Below, piece by piece: positions 1-14,003 of a stretch of DNA of 64,000 nucleotides. Positions within the stretch are counted from its first letter, which is position 1. Each line of letters opens with the position of its first letter. The position numbers and the translations under genes were made by a program. The stretch is from Eledone cirrhosa (Eukaryota): assembly GCA_964016885.1 (NCBI GenBank), contig OZ024743.1:41974001-42038000 (forward strand), given 5' to 3'. The notes under the pieces were generated by a model. It did not search any database. It had not been told where the DNA came from and saw only the letters and a list, made by a program, of their open reading frames with translations.

Positions 1-460
1 AATATGTTCAAAAACAACCAAATAAATTTCTACAGAAAAATTGGCAAGTCAACAATCTGCTAAATCAATACCACCCAAGGAGGAAGTACAAGGATTCTGG
101 GAAAAGATCTGGGCCGAAGAAAAGGTTCATAGTATACATGCCCCATGGATATACAGACAAATGAAAGATACAGCTCACCTTGAGGAACAAATATGGGAAA
201 ATATAACAGTTCAACAGTTGCCTTTGGCTCTTAGAAAAAACAGCAAATGGAAATCCCCAAGAAAAGAAAAAATATCAAATTTTCGGATAAATACCTTCAC
301 AGAGTCTCATGAGCTATTAGCCCAACTTTACAATGAAATAGTTAAGGAGCCAGAAAAGATACCATCATGGCTATTTAACGGCATTACATTCCTGCTTCCG
401 AAGAATGATGAGACAAACAATCCCAAAAATTACAGACCGATAACTTGCTTGACCACAACT
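1..460 (+). mobile_element. Non-LTR retrotransposon RT fragment (R4/Dong-like), truncated
   Basis: ORF 41-478 has WKSPxxxKIxNF...PSWLFNGITFLLPK...PKNYRPITCL, the RT domain 0-2 region. Coding similarity ends at about 460 where another element begins. Confidence 0.6.
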
Positions 461-1102
461 GGCAACGCTCCCCGGTAGCACTGCCAGGCCAGGGTTTTAT
501 GGAAGTTATCCATAGGTCCTGGGCTGAAAGTTTTCCAGAAGAAAGCAAACAGCTAATCGTCTTCGACGCCCAGGATCTCTCCGAGAACGTCGTCGCGCTT
601 CCCCTCCACTAGTCATTTATAGAACCCCGAGGTGAATGGTCCACCGATACTGGTGCCCAGCTGGCAGAGGGCGCTGCGCGCCTGGAGACATTCCAGTTTC
701 GAAGCGCTATCCCTCGGTCTTTTCCTGACCCAGGACTGCAGCTCCGTCAAGGAGACGAGCTGTAGGAAAACGTGCCTGGCGAACGGCGACCACACTTGTT
801 CACTGTCAAGGAAGCACCAGAGATGTCGCAGCCTCAGCGTTTGTTGCGCATCATCAGCCATGGCATGCCCAGACCTCTACGCAACGTGTGTTGACAGCAT
901 ATGGATTGTCTGATAATGGGAGCGCGTCCTTTACACAAAAAGCGGAGAGGAGGCGCTCCATTTTGGTGAGAGTTGGGCCGGAGCAAGGAACGACGGTGAG
1001 GCGGTAGCAGATGACGTATGCGATGTACGCATTCGCCCCTCTGCCCGGCCTTTCAAGGACAGCTTCCCCTTGGCCCATTTCTGTATTAGGCACCACATAC
1101 AT
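460..1102 (-). mobile_element. Decayed Tx1/L1-like LINE ORF2 fragment (post-RT region)
   Basis: Minus-strand frames give YVICYRLTVVPC...LTKMERLL..F, then RRGLGMPWL..R and LRLRHL, resembling the FLW...GGLGxP region of L1/Tx1 ORF2. Frameshifted. Confidence 0.55.
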
Positions 1103-1595
1103 AACCGTACCTATATGATTTGGGGGTCTTTTTTTAATATCCAGCTGTTAATTAAGTGTCGACACCATTATATTAGCTCTGTACCGATCGAACCATAGGA
1201 AAATAGGGAGACTAGAGAGATCCCATACATATTTTACCAGTTCAATGCAATTAAAAGCAATTTTACCTCCTTTTGTGTGTGTTTCTCATTTCACTACAAA
1301 CTGCCATTGTATAACTAGCCTTATAAATAATGTAAAAATAAAACACTCACAAAAGAAACTAAATAAATCAAAGCACTTTTAAACCGAGCATTCTCTTAAA
1401 TGAGCTTTCTCTGAATATATAGCCATTGTTCCAAGCAGATCCTAAACAACCACAGTGTGGCTATAAAAACAACAAAAATCAAAACAAAACAAAGGCATGA
1501 CGCTTAATATATGAATATTCCATGATCTTACAACTTCCCGTGAATATAAATTATGTATATATAACAATGGTCAGTGGTTAGCCTGTATTATTTCC

Positions 1596-1777
1596 ATTGG
1601 CAGTATCGGTAGAGGGTCGGACACCATGCTTTCCAGCATAGTTACGTCCCTTTACGATCTTAGTTCAAATCCCGCCGAGGTTGACTTTGCCTTTCATCCT
1701 TACGGGGTCGATAAAATAAAGTACCAGTAATGCACTGGGGAATTTCTGGCCTTGTGCGTAAAGTAGAAACAATTATT
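1596..1777 (+). mobile_element. tRNA-derived SINE (Meta-domain-like core)
   Basis: A-box-like TGGCAGTATCGG, B-box GTTCAAATCC, core CTTTCATCCTTACGGGGTCGATAAAATAAAGTACCAG. Repeated at several places in the window. Confidence 0.85.
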
Positions 1778-2315
1778 TCCATGTGATTTTAGTATGATGT
1801 GACTTCTTTATATGAGACAAGCAAGTCCATAACGCTTTCATAACATATATGGGTGTGCATGTGTGTATGTATAATGCATATATGTATAGTGCTCAGGTAT
1901 ATGGCATAATAATACATATATTTATATATATGTGTGTGTGTGTGTGTGTTTGTGTGCGTGTGTGTGTATAAGTCAGAATTAGAAACAGCATTGAAATGTT
2001 CTATATGTAAACGATAAAATAAAATAAACAGAATTCCCTTAGGATTTGAAAAATTCTTCACAGAGGATAACTACTAAGATTATTTCGACGGATAGAAACT
2101 ACTATAGCAATGCTACATATATCATGCAAAATAGAGAAAATATCTCTAAGGGTGAATCTAATTCCTCTATGGCTTTTTGTGCGTGGAGTATTTCTGAATT
2201 ATGTCGTCCACATCAGTAACCTCTATTAAAGGCAGCACGTCAATTGTGATACTGCTAGGAATATAAGAAACACATTAATCTGTCGTGATATATATATATA
2301 TATATATATATTTAA

Positions 2316-5300
2316 GTAGCAGTTTAGCCCGGCGTTGCTCGGGTTTGTTCATTTGCTATGAAAAGTTACATACAGGTAAACGTGGCTTGAAAGCGAATAA
2401 GCTTATCAATTAAGTGCATAAAGCGGTTGAACCGATTATTAAAAGTTACGAACTATTTAGCATTTTGGACAATCAATGATGTGTTAATAATCTTCCAATA
2501 GCGATTTTAGCAGACCAAAGTTGCAAGATGGTGGCCCTGATGCCGCTGGGTGTCAGATCTGTCCGCCATGGGTGACCCTACCAGGAAATAGTTTTCCAGA
2601 CGGCATAGCTCCAAACACCTCCAACACCTGCATCAACATCTATAACACCTCTTTGTAGACGATATTGCGTGTCATCCCTTGAGGAGTGTAAGTAAAATGT
2701 CCATTCCTGCTCCCTACGCAGGAACAGGCAAATTAAAGTTGGCCATGGGAGAAGCATGACTCCCCAAATGGATTCCCGCCACCGACAATGTTTGCCCATG
2801 TGACTTGTTAATGGACATGGCAAAACATGGTCTCACCGGGAATAGAAATCACCAGAAATCGAACGGGATATCTGACGCTGAGGGGAACAGGTTCATCCTT
2901 GGAATGAAAACTTTCTCCCCCCTCCCGTACCCCGTTACAATGGTGACCTCAATCAAGTGGGGCGTCAGTGACTTGACGACCATATGAGTACCGTTGCACT
3001 GCTTTGGTGGACGTAAGTTCCTTATTAGCATAATGGGACAGCCAACCATAAGGTTAAGAATGTGAGGTGGGAACCCTGGGGGCTCAAGGGAATTTAATAA
3101 CTCAACCGGATAATTAACCATATCGTCGGGGTCTGACGATAGGTTTGAAAATATGCTCTTTACCAGGAATCTTTTCAATCAGTTGCTCGTTAATAAAATT
3201 AACCATGGCATTTCTCGGAGCAAGGATGGCTCTTTTGTTGATCCAATCGACGTTTTTAAAGTTAGATGAGACATCAGGAAAAATTGCTTCCCAACGGTCA
3301 GAAGGGCTGCTCACAATGTTGCACAGGGAGTCGATTGCTATGCCGCTCTTGTCATCCGCAGGGAGCTTGCCCTCACCAAGTGCTAAAATGTTCTGCGCAA
3401 ATGCTGCTGACATGTTGTCACAATGCAAATGAGCACGCATATTTGTGCTCAGGTACAAACCCTTCACCTGGGGCCACAACGTGGACGACTTAAGGTATGC
3501 ACGCACTTCATCAGCTCTTGTCCCTTTGGGGATGACAGGCAGCGTTTGCCGAAATTCCTCTGATAGCAGAAGTGTTACGCCACCCATAGGAGACGTAGAA
3601 TCCCTAATTTCTTTCAGGGTCCCGTCCACTGCCTCAAGGGCACCATTGCGCGCCATGGTACACTCATCCCAAACATTTTTGAGAACCATAGCTTCGTGTG
3701 AACTCTTGCTGATATTGCATGATGGTGCCTCTTTTTTTCCTAAATCCAAGGGGAGTTTAAATGTTGAATGTGCTGTCTTGCCTCCCGGCAGCAAAGTAGC
3801 AGCGATCAGCAACGGACAATGCAACGGCCAACGCAATTTCTTTCTACTGACGAATCTTAGCGATAATCAATTTCGTTACAAAAGTGTTTCCGGTACCCCC
3901 AGGAGCATCGAGAAAGTAAATACCCCCAGTCTGATTTTGAACCGCGTCAATGATAGTTAAATAGGCCAGCCTTTGGTCCGACCGAAGTTTGAGCTAATTT
4001 TTCTCTTAGCATTGGGAAAGAGATTCGATGTCATATGCTGTTTCCCGCAACAAATCCGGGGCCAACGTGTTAGCTTCCTCTCTGACGGTTGACGGCAAGC
4101 CATAGGTCGCCAACTCACTCCCACCCATGTCGAGGCGGTCGTCCTCAATATCAATGAGTGCCCTGTTGTAGATAATGTCGCTGTAACCAACTTCCACTGA
4201 AGGATACTGCAGATGAGCTAGACGCAGGAAGACCTCAGACATGAAGTCTCTGTACTTGACCCATAAAGATTTGGTATCACCCAATTCACACTTTTGAAGC
4301 AAAATGGCAAAGAGTTCCCATAGACTTTTAGGTGATTTCAACAAAGCACCATCTGCTAAAGTAGAATCCCATTACGAATCATCTTCTAAAAGACCACGCT
4401 TAGAGCAGGATTCCCAGTACGTATCACATATTTCTCCATCAACAGTTTTGAATTCCTGAAAACTTTGGCCTACAACTTCATGCAGAAGAAGGCGGAGATG
4501 AAAGCACTCATGCTTAGTTGGGGGCACAGTGTAAACCCTTCCAAGACAGCTGTCAAATTTTACACCAGGATGTCTTTCAACAGCCTGACTTGACTTTCGT
4601 CGCACCCAAGTGTTTTCGACCATATAAAGTTGGATGGAACCTGGGGGTACACAATTGTTTGCGCAAATGTATCGAACTTTCAAAGTTTGAAGAAACCCGT
4701 CTAGCGGGAGTAAATTAACATTGCCATTGAATCAGCACATTCCAGGTGATTCTCCAGCACACTTATTTGTACTACAGAACTTGCAAGTTAAACTCATATT
4801 CCCAATCTGGATGTCAGGCCGCATTGAGAGGTTTAAGTGTTGGATCATAATTAAACGCTTTTATAAGCAAATATGAATTAGATTTTAAAAGACAATATGG
4901 AAGTTTCTTTACGTCGATTGTTCTTTTCTAGTCTAATACTGCAATCGTTGTGTGATTCCTTGGCTCTAGCAGCGGCAGTAGCCACCGAATTATAAGAATT
5001 ACGAAGTGATTGTTGCTGTTCATTTTCGGTAGCTCTAGCAGCGGCAGTAGCCACAGCATTCCGGGATAGAACGGTCTAAATCCCTAAGCTTAGCACGCGA
5101 CGAAGTATAGTAAATTGTATTGCTGGCTAGACGCTCACTACGCTGGTCGTCGGTTTCAGCATCTCTTCTATTTTCTGAACGTAAAGCACTTTGTGACAAT
5201 CGCAATTCAGTTTCCTCCTGCGACTCATTCAACCGTCTTCTTTTCTGTTTAGCTGCAGACACCGTTTCACGCCCAAGTGAGCATCTCTTTTTTGGGCGCA

Positions 5301-6221
5301 TGATATCTGAAAATGTTAAACAAAAAACTTATGAAATTCAAAACTAAATGGTAAACTCAATTGAATGGAAGATGAAATGGCAAGGAAAAAAGCAAATGAA
5401 GATGCAATATTCAAACAACATTGGGGGTAGGTATAACTCATTGTCTACCAACTGGTAGTATTTGGACGGAAAAACAGAATATTCTGGGGGGAAAAATCAC
5501 TGAACAAACGTATTTGCAAGCTTAAAAGTGAAATGTTATGCTTTACAGAAAGTATTGACAGGTATATGTTTAACTATATAAAAGAAAGAGGAACATACAG
5601 GTAAATGTGGCTTGAAACCGAATAAGATTTTCGAATTCTAATTTTAAATAACACGATCGAGTGTTTTTTGCTTCCGGACCTTCTCCTAACCAAAAGCAAT
5701 TATTGTCCCAACTTTGAATAGAATCCGTTGGAAATAAAACGCTGGAAATATTAGACTTTATATGAAAAGAAAAAAAAACATTAACACACACTCACCGAAT
5801 CAGTGTATTCGGCAGAATTGCCAGAACTACAACACTATGGGTATTGACATATTAATATTTAATCAATTAAAGTCGTAATAAATAAATAATTTAAAAATTC
5901 CGATTTATATGTCTATAGCATTAATCTGTTATATGAAGTGTTATTTGCAATAAGCCGTTTTAAAATGCCCCAGAAAAGCCGTATGTCAATACGGAACTCC
6001 AATGACTCCCGCAGCAGTTAAATTATAGAGAGGGGGAAGAGCGACGAAGAGAGTAAAGATAACAAATTATAGGGAGGTGTGTAAAACAGTGTTGTCATAT
6101 AGAGAGTGAAGAGCGACAGAAAGAGTAAAGCAGTTAAATTATAGAGAGGGGGAATGATCTATTATAGAGAGAGGGAAGAGCGACGGAGAGAGTAAAGTTG
6201 GTGTTTGCCGTTATAGGTAGA
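2316..6221 (-). mobile_element. Helitron with both termini, internally deleted
   Basis: Minus-strand 5' end TCTACCTATA at 6221. 3' hairpin CCCGAGCAACGCCGGG (2328-2343) and terminal CTAC (CTAG in the sister copy at 63101). Inserted between A and T. Pif1 helicase remnants inside. Confidence 0.9.
2578..5301 (-). pseudogene. Helitron RepHel pseudogene (N-terminal basic repeats, Zn-finger, Pif1-like helicase; frameshifted)
   Basis: Fragments MRPKKR..., CKFC...ESPGMC, LGRVYTVPP...FHLRLLL, AATLLPGGKTAHSTFKLP, WDECTM, FRQTLPV, RAILAPRN, LNSLEPPGFPPHILNL...PIMLIRNL. Confidence 0.9.
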
Positions 6222-6284
6222 TATGTATGTATGAACACACACACACACACATACACACTCTATGTATATATGGATCGCAGTCAT

Positions 6285-7430
6285 TATCTTCATCGTCTTA
6301 CGTCTTTTTTTCCACGTTTGAATGGGCTGGATGGGTACTATTCAGCACAACATCTCTATATATGACGCGTTACTTTGTTATCCCCTCTGTGAATTTCAGC
6401 AGTTTGTGATCCACTCTCACCACCTCCACCAAGGTCTGAGCTTTCCCACAACTGAGAATGCATGAAACATCTTTACCCTACATTCAACACCCATGCGCAC
6501 CAATGCCGATACCTAAGCAGACACTTCTCTTGTACACCACATCGGTTTCCTCTTAAGCCCAGTTTTCCCCCAGTTCATCCAAGCTCTGCATTTCTTTCAC
6601 ATTCATATTCCACATCCAACGAAGTATGTCTGCTTAATTTCTCTCTGCCCTACACATGTCCTCTGCAGTACTGTACATGCTCCAATACTATATATCGCAC
6701 ATCGGACACAGGCGTCATGTAGTAGTACTTTTGAATGCTGGGAAAAAACTTTGCTTGACGGGAGTGGGATTTAATCTTTAATCTTCATCTATCCTATCTT
6801 TATTCTGGTTATTATGATCCCAGTGCAACGTACATAACCGCTAATTAGGTCAGCCAAATAGCAGAAGCTATCAACGATTTATATGGGCCTTTAATGAGAT
6901 TGGAAAACGTCTATATCACAGACACTCTTCCCCTGAATTTCCACTGTGCATCTTTTTCTTATGTATACTTGCCTACATGTTTTTTGTCTATCCAATATCC
7001 CATCACAACTCTTGTGTACCCAAGATTTACATCGTGTACTGCGTATGGAGTTTCTGCCTTCTCGTTTTATACATATTAAATGAGGCAATTTTCCTGAAAG
7101 TCTCAGGATCCTATTTTCTTTCCTACTTGCTAGCACTTCAGGTTTGTGTAAGTATAATTTCAGCCTATTTGATTCAAAATGATGTTTCAACATTCGGCAC
7201 ATATTCATCTGCATCAAGACGTTTCCATAAACAGCCAGTTTTAAACTCCTCTGTTATGGACTGGAGAACTATGATGAACAGCAGTAGGCTAAGAAGCGAA
7301 ACTTGATGAACTCCTAATTTGAATTCCTCACTAAGCGTTCTTCCTAATCTCACTTTACTTAGAGCTCGTCTGTACATATCTTGCACTGCTACCAAGCCAT
7401 TTTGCTACACCTAAGTTCAATAAAGATCAG
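6285..7430 (-). mobile_element. Decayed RTE-type LINE, RT and 3' end
   Basis: ORF 7174-7395: GVHQVSLLSLLLFIIVLQSITEEFKTGCLWKRLDADE, a decayed GVHQGSxLSPLLF...GCPWELLYADD. Confidence 0.75.
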
Positions 7431-8105
7431 AGTATATAAAGTAGGGTACCCATAAGTGATTTTATGTGAATATTCTCGTCGAATGAAGAGGCTGGCGTTT
7501 TGGTCTATCTGAAAATGTTATACAATTATCTGCACACAAACATTATTAACTATTACTGATGAAGTTATATATCAAAATATATTTAGAAATATATTTAAAA
7601 AGAAAACAAATACAATATTGGCATGATGTGATTGATCTAAGAGCGAGAGATCACAGAAACGTCCGCGGCGAAATAAATAAATATTACATTCAATCATCCA
7701 TATATATATAGATATGGGTGTGTGGGTGTCTGTGTGTGGATGATTTAATGTAATATTCATTTATATATATATGGGATAACAATTTATCGTTGTAGGTAAT
7801 CCAGTTAGAGGCTGTGAATACACTGTACTATGGATAGTTTCAACGTACGGTGTTGTTTGACTAAACAATGGGGTCGCTTAGTTAGGTAGCGAGTTTGCGA
7901 GAGTTCCCATGCACATCATTCTTGGAGTAATAATAGTGAACGAGTGAAGAATAACATGAACGGCTGTACAAATACTCGAAATTGCGTCACTCGACCTTAA
8001 ATACAGAGTGTGTCTCTAATCAAATCATCGGAATACTGGACGGTTAAACACACGGTTTTGGTATTTATAGATACATCGGAGAATCAAGTGAATGAAAACA
8101 ATATC

Positions 8106-8250
8106 AATAATTGTTTCTACGTTAGGCACAAGGACAGCAATTACCCAGTGTAATACTGGTACTTTATTTTATCGACCCCGTAAGGATGAAAGGCAAAGTT
8201 AACCTCGGCTGGATTTGAACTCAGAATGGCAAGGGCCGTAACTCTATGCC
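8106..8250 (-). mobile_element. tRNA-derived SINE (same family as 1596), 5'-truncated
   Basis: Reverse complement of the B-box, core and 3' tail. Confidence 0.85.
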
Positions 8251-8544
8251 ATTCTCACAATATCAATAATAAAAGATAATAATAAAGAAGTAAAAATGAA
8301 AATGAAAAAGATGTAAAAAATAAGTAAAAAACAAGTACAACATACGGTTGCTGATAATAGTAGTAGTGGTGGGGGTAGTTGAAGCTATAATGGTGAGTAA
8401 CTGCATGTGTAAAATAGTGATGGCGTGACGCAATTTCGAGTAATTAGCGGCCTTTAGAATCCCCTGATCAATGAAACAATTGTTAATAGTGTAAATAAAA
8501 CTCTCTTTGTACAGCCGACCATGTTATTCTTCACTCTTTCACTA

Positions 8545-8635
<91 letters not shown>

Positions 8636-8640
<5 letters not shown>

Positions 8641-9060
8641 ATACATTAACAGAGAAAGATTTAAGCAATACTCCGACCGGCTTCCGTCTCACTCAACAAA
8701 CATTAGGATATACCTTAGTATAAATTCCAATTTTACATTTGGGGTGCTAACTATATGTATTTTGGGTATAGCCAGTTGTATTATTTTATATGAGACATAA
8801 TTAAAATACATCTCCCTTTCCAAACAATTGTTTCATTATAAGTTTTCTACAAATTGGGAAAAGATGTCCAGGTTATGTAGAAGCCTACACTAGTCCGTAG
8901 GAATATATGCAGGTGGGCACTTATAAATCATCAGTGGATGCCCGTAAAACATCGATATAAAAAAGATTTCTTACCGATATCTAATGTTCAGCGATGGAGC
9001 CATTCCGTGTCAGAATGACCGCTAAATTTGAAATTCCAGCAGTCTCAGAATGAGAAATTT
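8636..9060 (-). mobile_element. Non-coding HHR-bearing repeat, family C (right boundary approximate)
   Basis: Homologous to 13417-13880, 9362-9457 and 10562-10752 (shared CTCACTCAACAAACATTAG block). Abuts (TA)n. Confidence 0.7.
8819..8938 (-). ncRNA. Type I hammerhead ribozyme with large branched stem II
   Basis: UCCA-CUGAUGA-U-UUAUAAG...CUUAUAA-U-GAAA-CAAUUG-UU^UGGA: intact core, 4-bp stem I, palindromic stem III ACAAUUGU. Confidence 0.75.
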
Positions 9061-9361
9061 CACACTGTCATCAAGCGGAAAGGGGAGGTCATCGCAAAAC
9101 ATGAGAGAATAAAATAATATGCACGCGGGTCAATTAATTCTTTCAATAATGTTAACCTTGCGTGTGAAGAACTCAATTAGATATAAAAAAATAATAAATA
9201 TATGCATGTATTATTTATATACGCATATAGGTATTTTTTTAGGCTAAAAACAGAGATAAGATACCGGAATAACAATCAATATTTCATACAAATAATAAAT
9301 ACGGAAAGTTACACTTAAAAAGTATCTGGAAATATTCATCTCTGGCCAAATCAAGAGTATA

Positions 9362-9457
9362 ATATTTAATACATTAACAGAGAAAGCTTTAAGCAATACT
9401 CCGACCGCCTTCCGTCTCACTCAACAAACATTAGGATATACGTGAGTATAATTCCAA
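9362..9457 (-). repeat. Family C terminal fragment
   Basis: Near-identical to 8636-8730. Confidence 0.75.
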
Positions 9458-9492
9458 ATATATATATATATATACATAAATATATATATATT

Positions 9493-9533
<41 letters not shown>

Positions 9534-9604
9534 GCACAAGTGTATATATGTTCATATATACATATGTATATATATATATATGTGTGTATATGTATATACA
9601 TATA

Positions 9605-9657
<53 letters not shown>

Positions 9658-10028
9658 ATATCTATGTGTGTGTGTGTGTATATATATATGTGTGTGTGTG
9701 TGTGTGTGCGTGTGTGTGTTTGAGTGAGTTTGTGCGCGTGAGTCTATGTGTGTGTGTTTTTTTTCTTTTTCAGAGTGTATGTATCACAACAAGGGAAAAT
9801 ATTTCTCACTCAATTTCTAAGAATATTTCAATCATCATCTGCAAGTCATCAATGAGTGCTTGGCCTGGAGGCGATTGGAGCCATATTATACCATTATACA
9901 ACTAAATATCTAAAAGCCAGTAACAAAATACAATTTCACATATATTTGAAATAACTTCAATATTTTCGATAATATGCCTTGAGAAATATTAACATATCCC
10001 TACCTCTTCATACTTACAGTGCGTATGA

Positions 10029-10075
<47 letters not shown>

Positions 10076-10149
10076 TGTTGAGTCTGTGTGTGTGTTGTGT
10101 GTGTGTGTGTGCGCGCGTGTATACATATGCATTTATGAATATATATAAA

Positions 10150-10319
10150 TATATAGAACGAAGGAAATGTGGTAGGAACCAGATGGACCATAACGCAGCA
10201 AAGTACTCAATACTTAGGGTAATAGAGTGGGTAATATAATATGACCCCGACGGCAGAGCTCAAGCCGTTTCGACGGCTAATTCTGGACTACACTGATTTA
10301 GTGCATAGTCATACTTGTT

Positions 10320-10320
<1 letters not shown>
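10150..10320 (-). mobile_element. Family F repeat (3' half of HHR plus tail)
   Basis: Minus strand AGCCGTC-GAAA-CGGC-TTGAGCTCT-GCCG-TC-GGGGTC followed by a tail shared with 40348-40427 and 60693-60770. Confidence 0.65.
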
Positions 10321-10361
<41 letters not shown>

Positions 10362-10381
10362 TCCATATACATTTATAAACA

Positions 10382-10418
<37 letters not shown>

Positions 10419-10746
10419 ATGTGTGTGTGTGTGTGCGTGTGTGTGTGCGTGTGTGTGCGTGTGTATACATATGCATTTATAAATATATATATATATATAC
10501 ATATACATTTATAAACATATATATATGTATGTATATATAAATATATATATATTTATATATATATTGTTATACTTGGGGAGGGTCATATATATTTTTCAAC
10601 ATATGTATATTTATATATACATATGCATATATATATATATATAATTAATATAATAACAGAGATAGTTTATAGCTAAACTCTGACTGGTAACCATCTCACT
10701 CAAAAAAACATTAGTTTATATTAAAATATAAACCCAATTTAAGTGT

Positions 10747-11187
10747 TTGGGTACCTCCGTAAAAACACTTATTAGCAAGACACACCCGTTCCAAAGACCC
10801 TCATGTATAGATAAGAAATGTATAACGTGTAAAATAAGCCCCCATATTAACTGTAAAACTAGAAATGTAGTGTATAGCATAAGATGTACTGAGGGACAAT
10901 GTAGAAACAAAAATATAGTGTACATAGGTGAGACAGCTCGTAGTATAGGGGAACGAATAAATGAACACTGGCGAGACCTTCAACATAATAAAGAATCATC
11001 TGTGCTCTACCAACATGCTAAGATAGAACACAGGGGTAGATTAGAGAACATAGAAATAAAAATAGAATCCACACACAGAAAAGATGCAATGTTTAGGCAA
11101 ATTACAGAGGCAGAAAGCATAAAAGAATTACAACCAAAATTAAATAGAAAATATGAATGGAACAGCAACATCACAACTTACAATTAA
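10747..11187 (+). pseudogene. PLE GIY-YIG endonuclease C-terminal fragment
   Basis: CIDKKCITC...[13 protein letters not shown]...YIGETARS...R.NEH...RQITEA...PKLN, homologous to the C-terminus of the ORF at 36663-39545. Confidence 0.85.
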
Positions 11188-11417
11188 GGACAGAATGAAA
11201 ACACACACAGGACAAAATGAAAACACACACACACATAGAACAAACAACCAACCAACAATAAATAAATAAATAAATAAACAAATAAATAAACGAATATAAA
11301 CACACACAGACACCCGGATGTGGCGCATGCGCAAACTGAGCACACAACACACACACAGAAACAAAATGGCGTAGGATAGAAGATAGGAAAGGCACAGAAA
11401 CAAAGAAAGGAATCCCC

Positions 11418-11462
11418 AGTCACTGAAGAGGTCACAGAGTGTGTGACGAAAGGACTATGACT
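11418..11462 (+). ncRNA. Minimal type I hammerhead ribozyme in PLE 3'UTR
   Basis: AGUCA-CUGAAGA-G-GUCACA-GAGUG-UGUGAC-GAAA-GGAC-UA^UGACU: perfect stems I and II, minimal stem III. Confidence 0.85.
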
Positions 11463-11771
11463 ATATATAAACAACTATCTGGTTGTGGAACCAAACAACC
11501 AACCAGAAATTTATAAGTTTGTAGATTTGTAAATTTATAAATTTATAAATATATAATAAATTGAAGTGAAAGCAACTGGTGCGTGTCTTTCTTATTGGCA
11601 ACATGACACTCCCAAAGTATAACAATATCGGTTTCAACACACGATTTCAGATAAAAAAATCTTGCTAAACAAATTCACAAACGAAATATATATATATATA
11701 TATATGTATATGTATATATATATCCTTATCGACCCCTCTTTTGATTTTAGGCTACACATTTATTATTATCA

Positions 11772-11900
<129 letters not shown>

Positions 11901-12776
11901 GTGTTTATGTACATATGTGTGTTTGTTTGTTTATATGCATTTGTTTATATATAAGAACCCTAGAGCAACAGCGATTCGTTGCTTAAACTTTAATCTGTTA
12001 TTTTAATAAATATAGATATATATGTGTGTGTCTGTATGACTGTGTGTATGTGTGTGCGTGTGTGTGTATGTGTGTGTGTATGTGTTTATGTGGGTGTATA
12101 TTCAGGTGGAGTGTATAGTTATATATGTATAGTGTATGAAGGGTGTAAGAATGCTGATCTTCTGACTGCATAAATGCATGTTATTTCTCTCAATATATAT
12201 ATATAGGTATATACAGGAGGAATAAGTATATTTAGAATTTAATGCAGCGTGTAATAAAGATAAATGACAATGTGTTACTACTCATATGATATTGAGATAG
12301 AGGCGTATATTGTTTTTGAAATATATATGATAATAATGAGCGCATACATAACAATGCAAACGCACAGGAGTATGTGTAGGAAAACATTAGTATAATGATG
12401 CAGCTTTGCAGTGATATATGTATGTATAAACGTTGATAGTTAACATCCTTGTAGATGTTTTCTTCAAGACACACACCACCACACATTTTCCCATATAAAT
12501 GTACTAAATATGCAGATATGGAAATGAGTTTGGTTTTATTTATTCGTAGACAAGCAAAATCCCGGAGCAATATAAAGATCTACATGATAATTTAAGAGGG
12601 AATATTCAATGTATTGTATATAAATACCTACAAATGGAAGTTTAGTAAAATCGAAGTTATGGTGGTGGCCAAGAGAGATAGAGAGAGAGAGGCGGTGCGT
12701 GTGTGTGTCATTCAGGAGGTGGTTATTCATATGTACTCTAAACTTATCAGCAAGTGAAATAAATTAGGAGACTTCA

Positions 12777-13880
<1,104 letters not shown>

Positions 13881-13913
13881 AACTGATTCAAAAATGAGGA
13901 AGTATATTACCGT

Positions 13914-14003
<90 letters not shown>

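Larger units (their letters stand above)
10562..11680 (+). mobile_element. 5'-truncated Penelope-like element (family A relative) with an inverted 5' segment from family C
   Basis: GIY-YIG fragment, 3'UTR HHR, and tail ATGACACTCCCAAAGTATAACAATA-TCGGTTTCAACACACGATTTC matching 40041-40088. Confidence 0.85.

Noticed and set aside
7553-7598. CTGATGA...GAAA-TATA-TT hammerhead-like string; similar strings at 9808-9857 (-), 33515-33555 (+) and 45425-45470 (-)
   Set aside because: Stems are weak or AT-only, or the cores are broken, and no second copy is in the window. Could be chance or very old relics.
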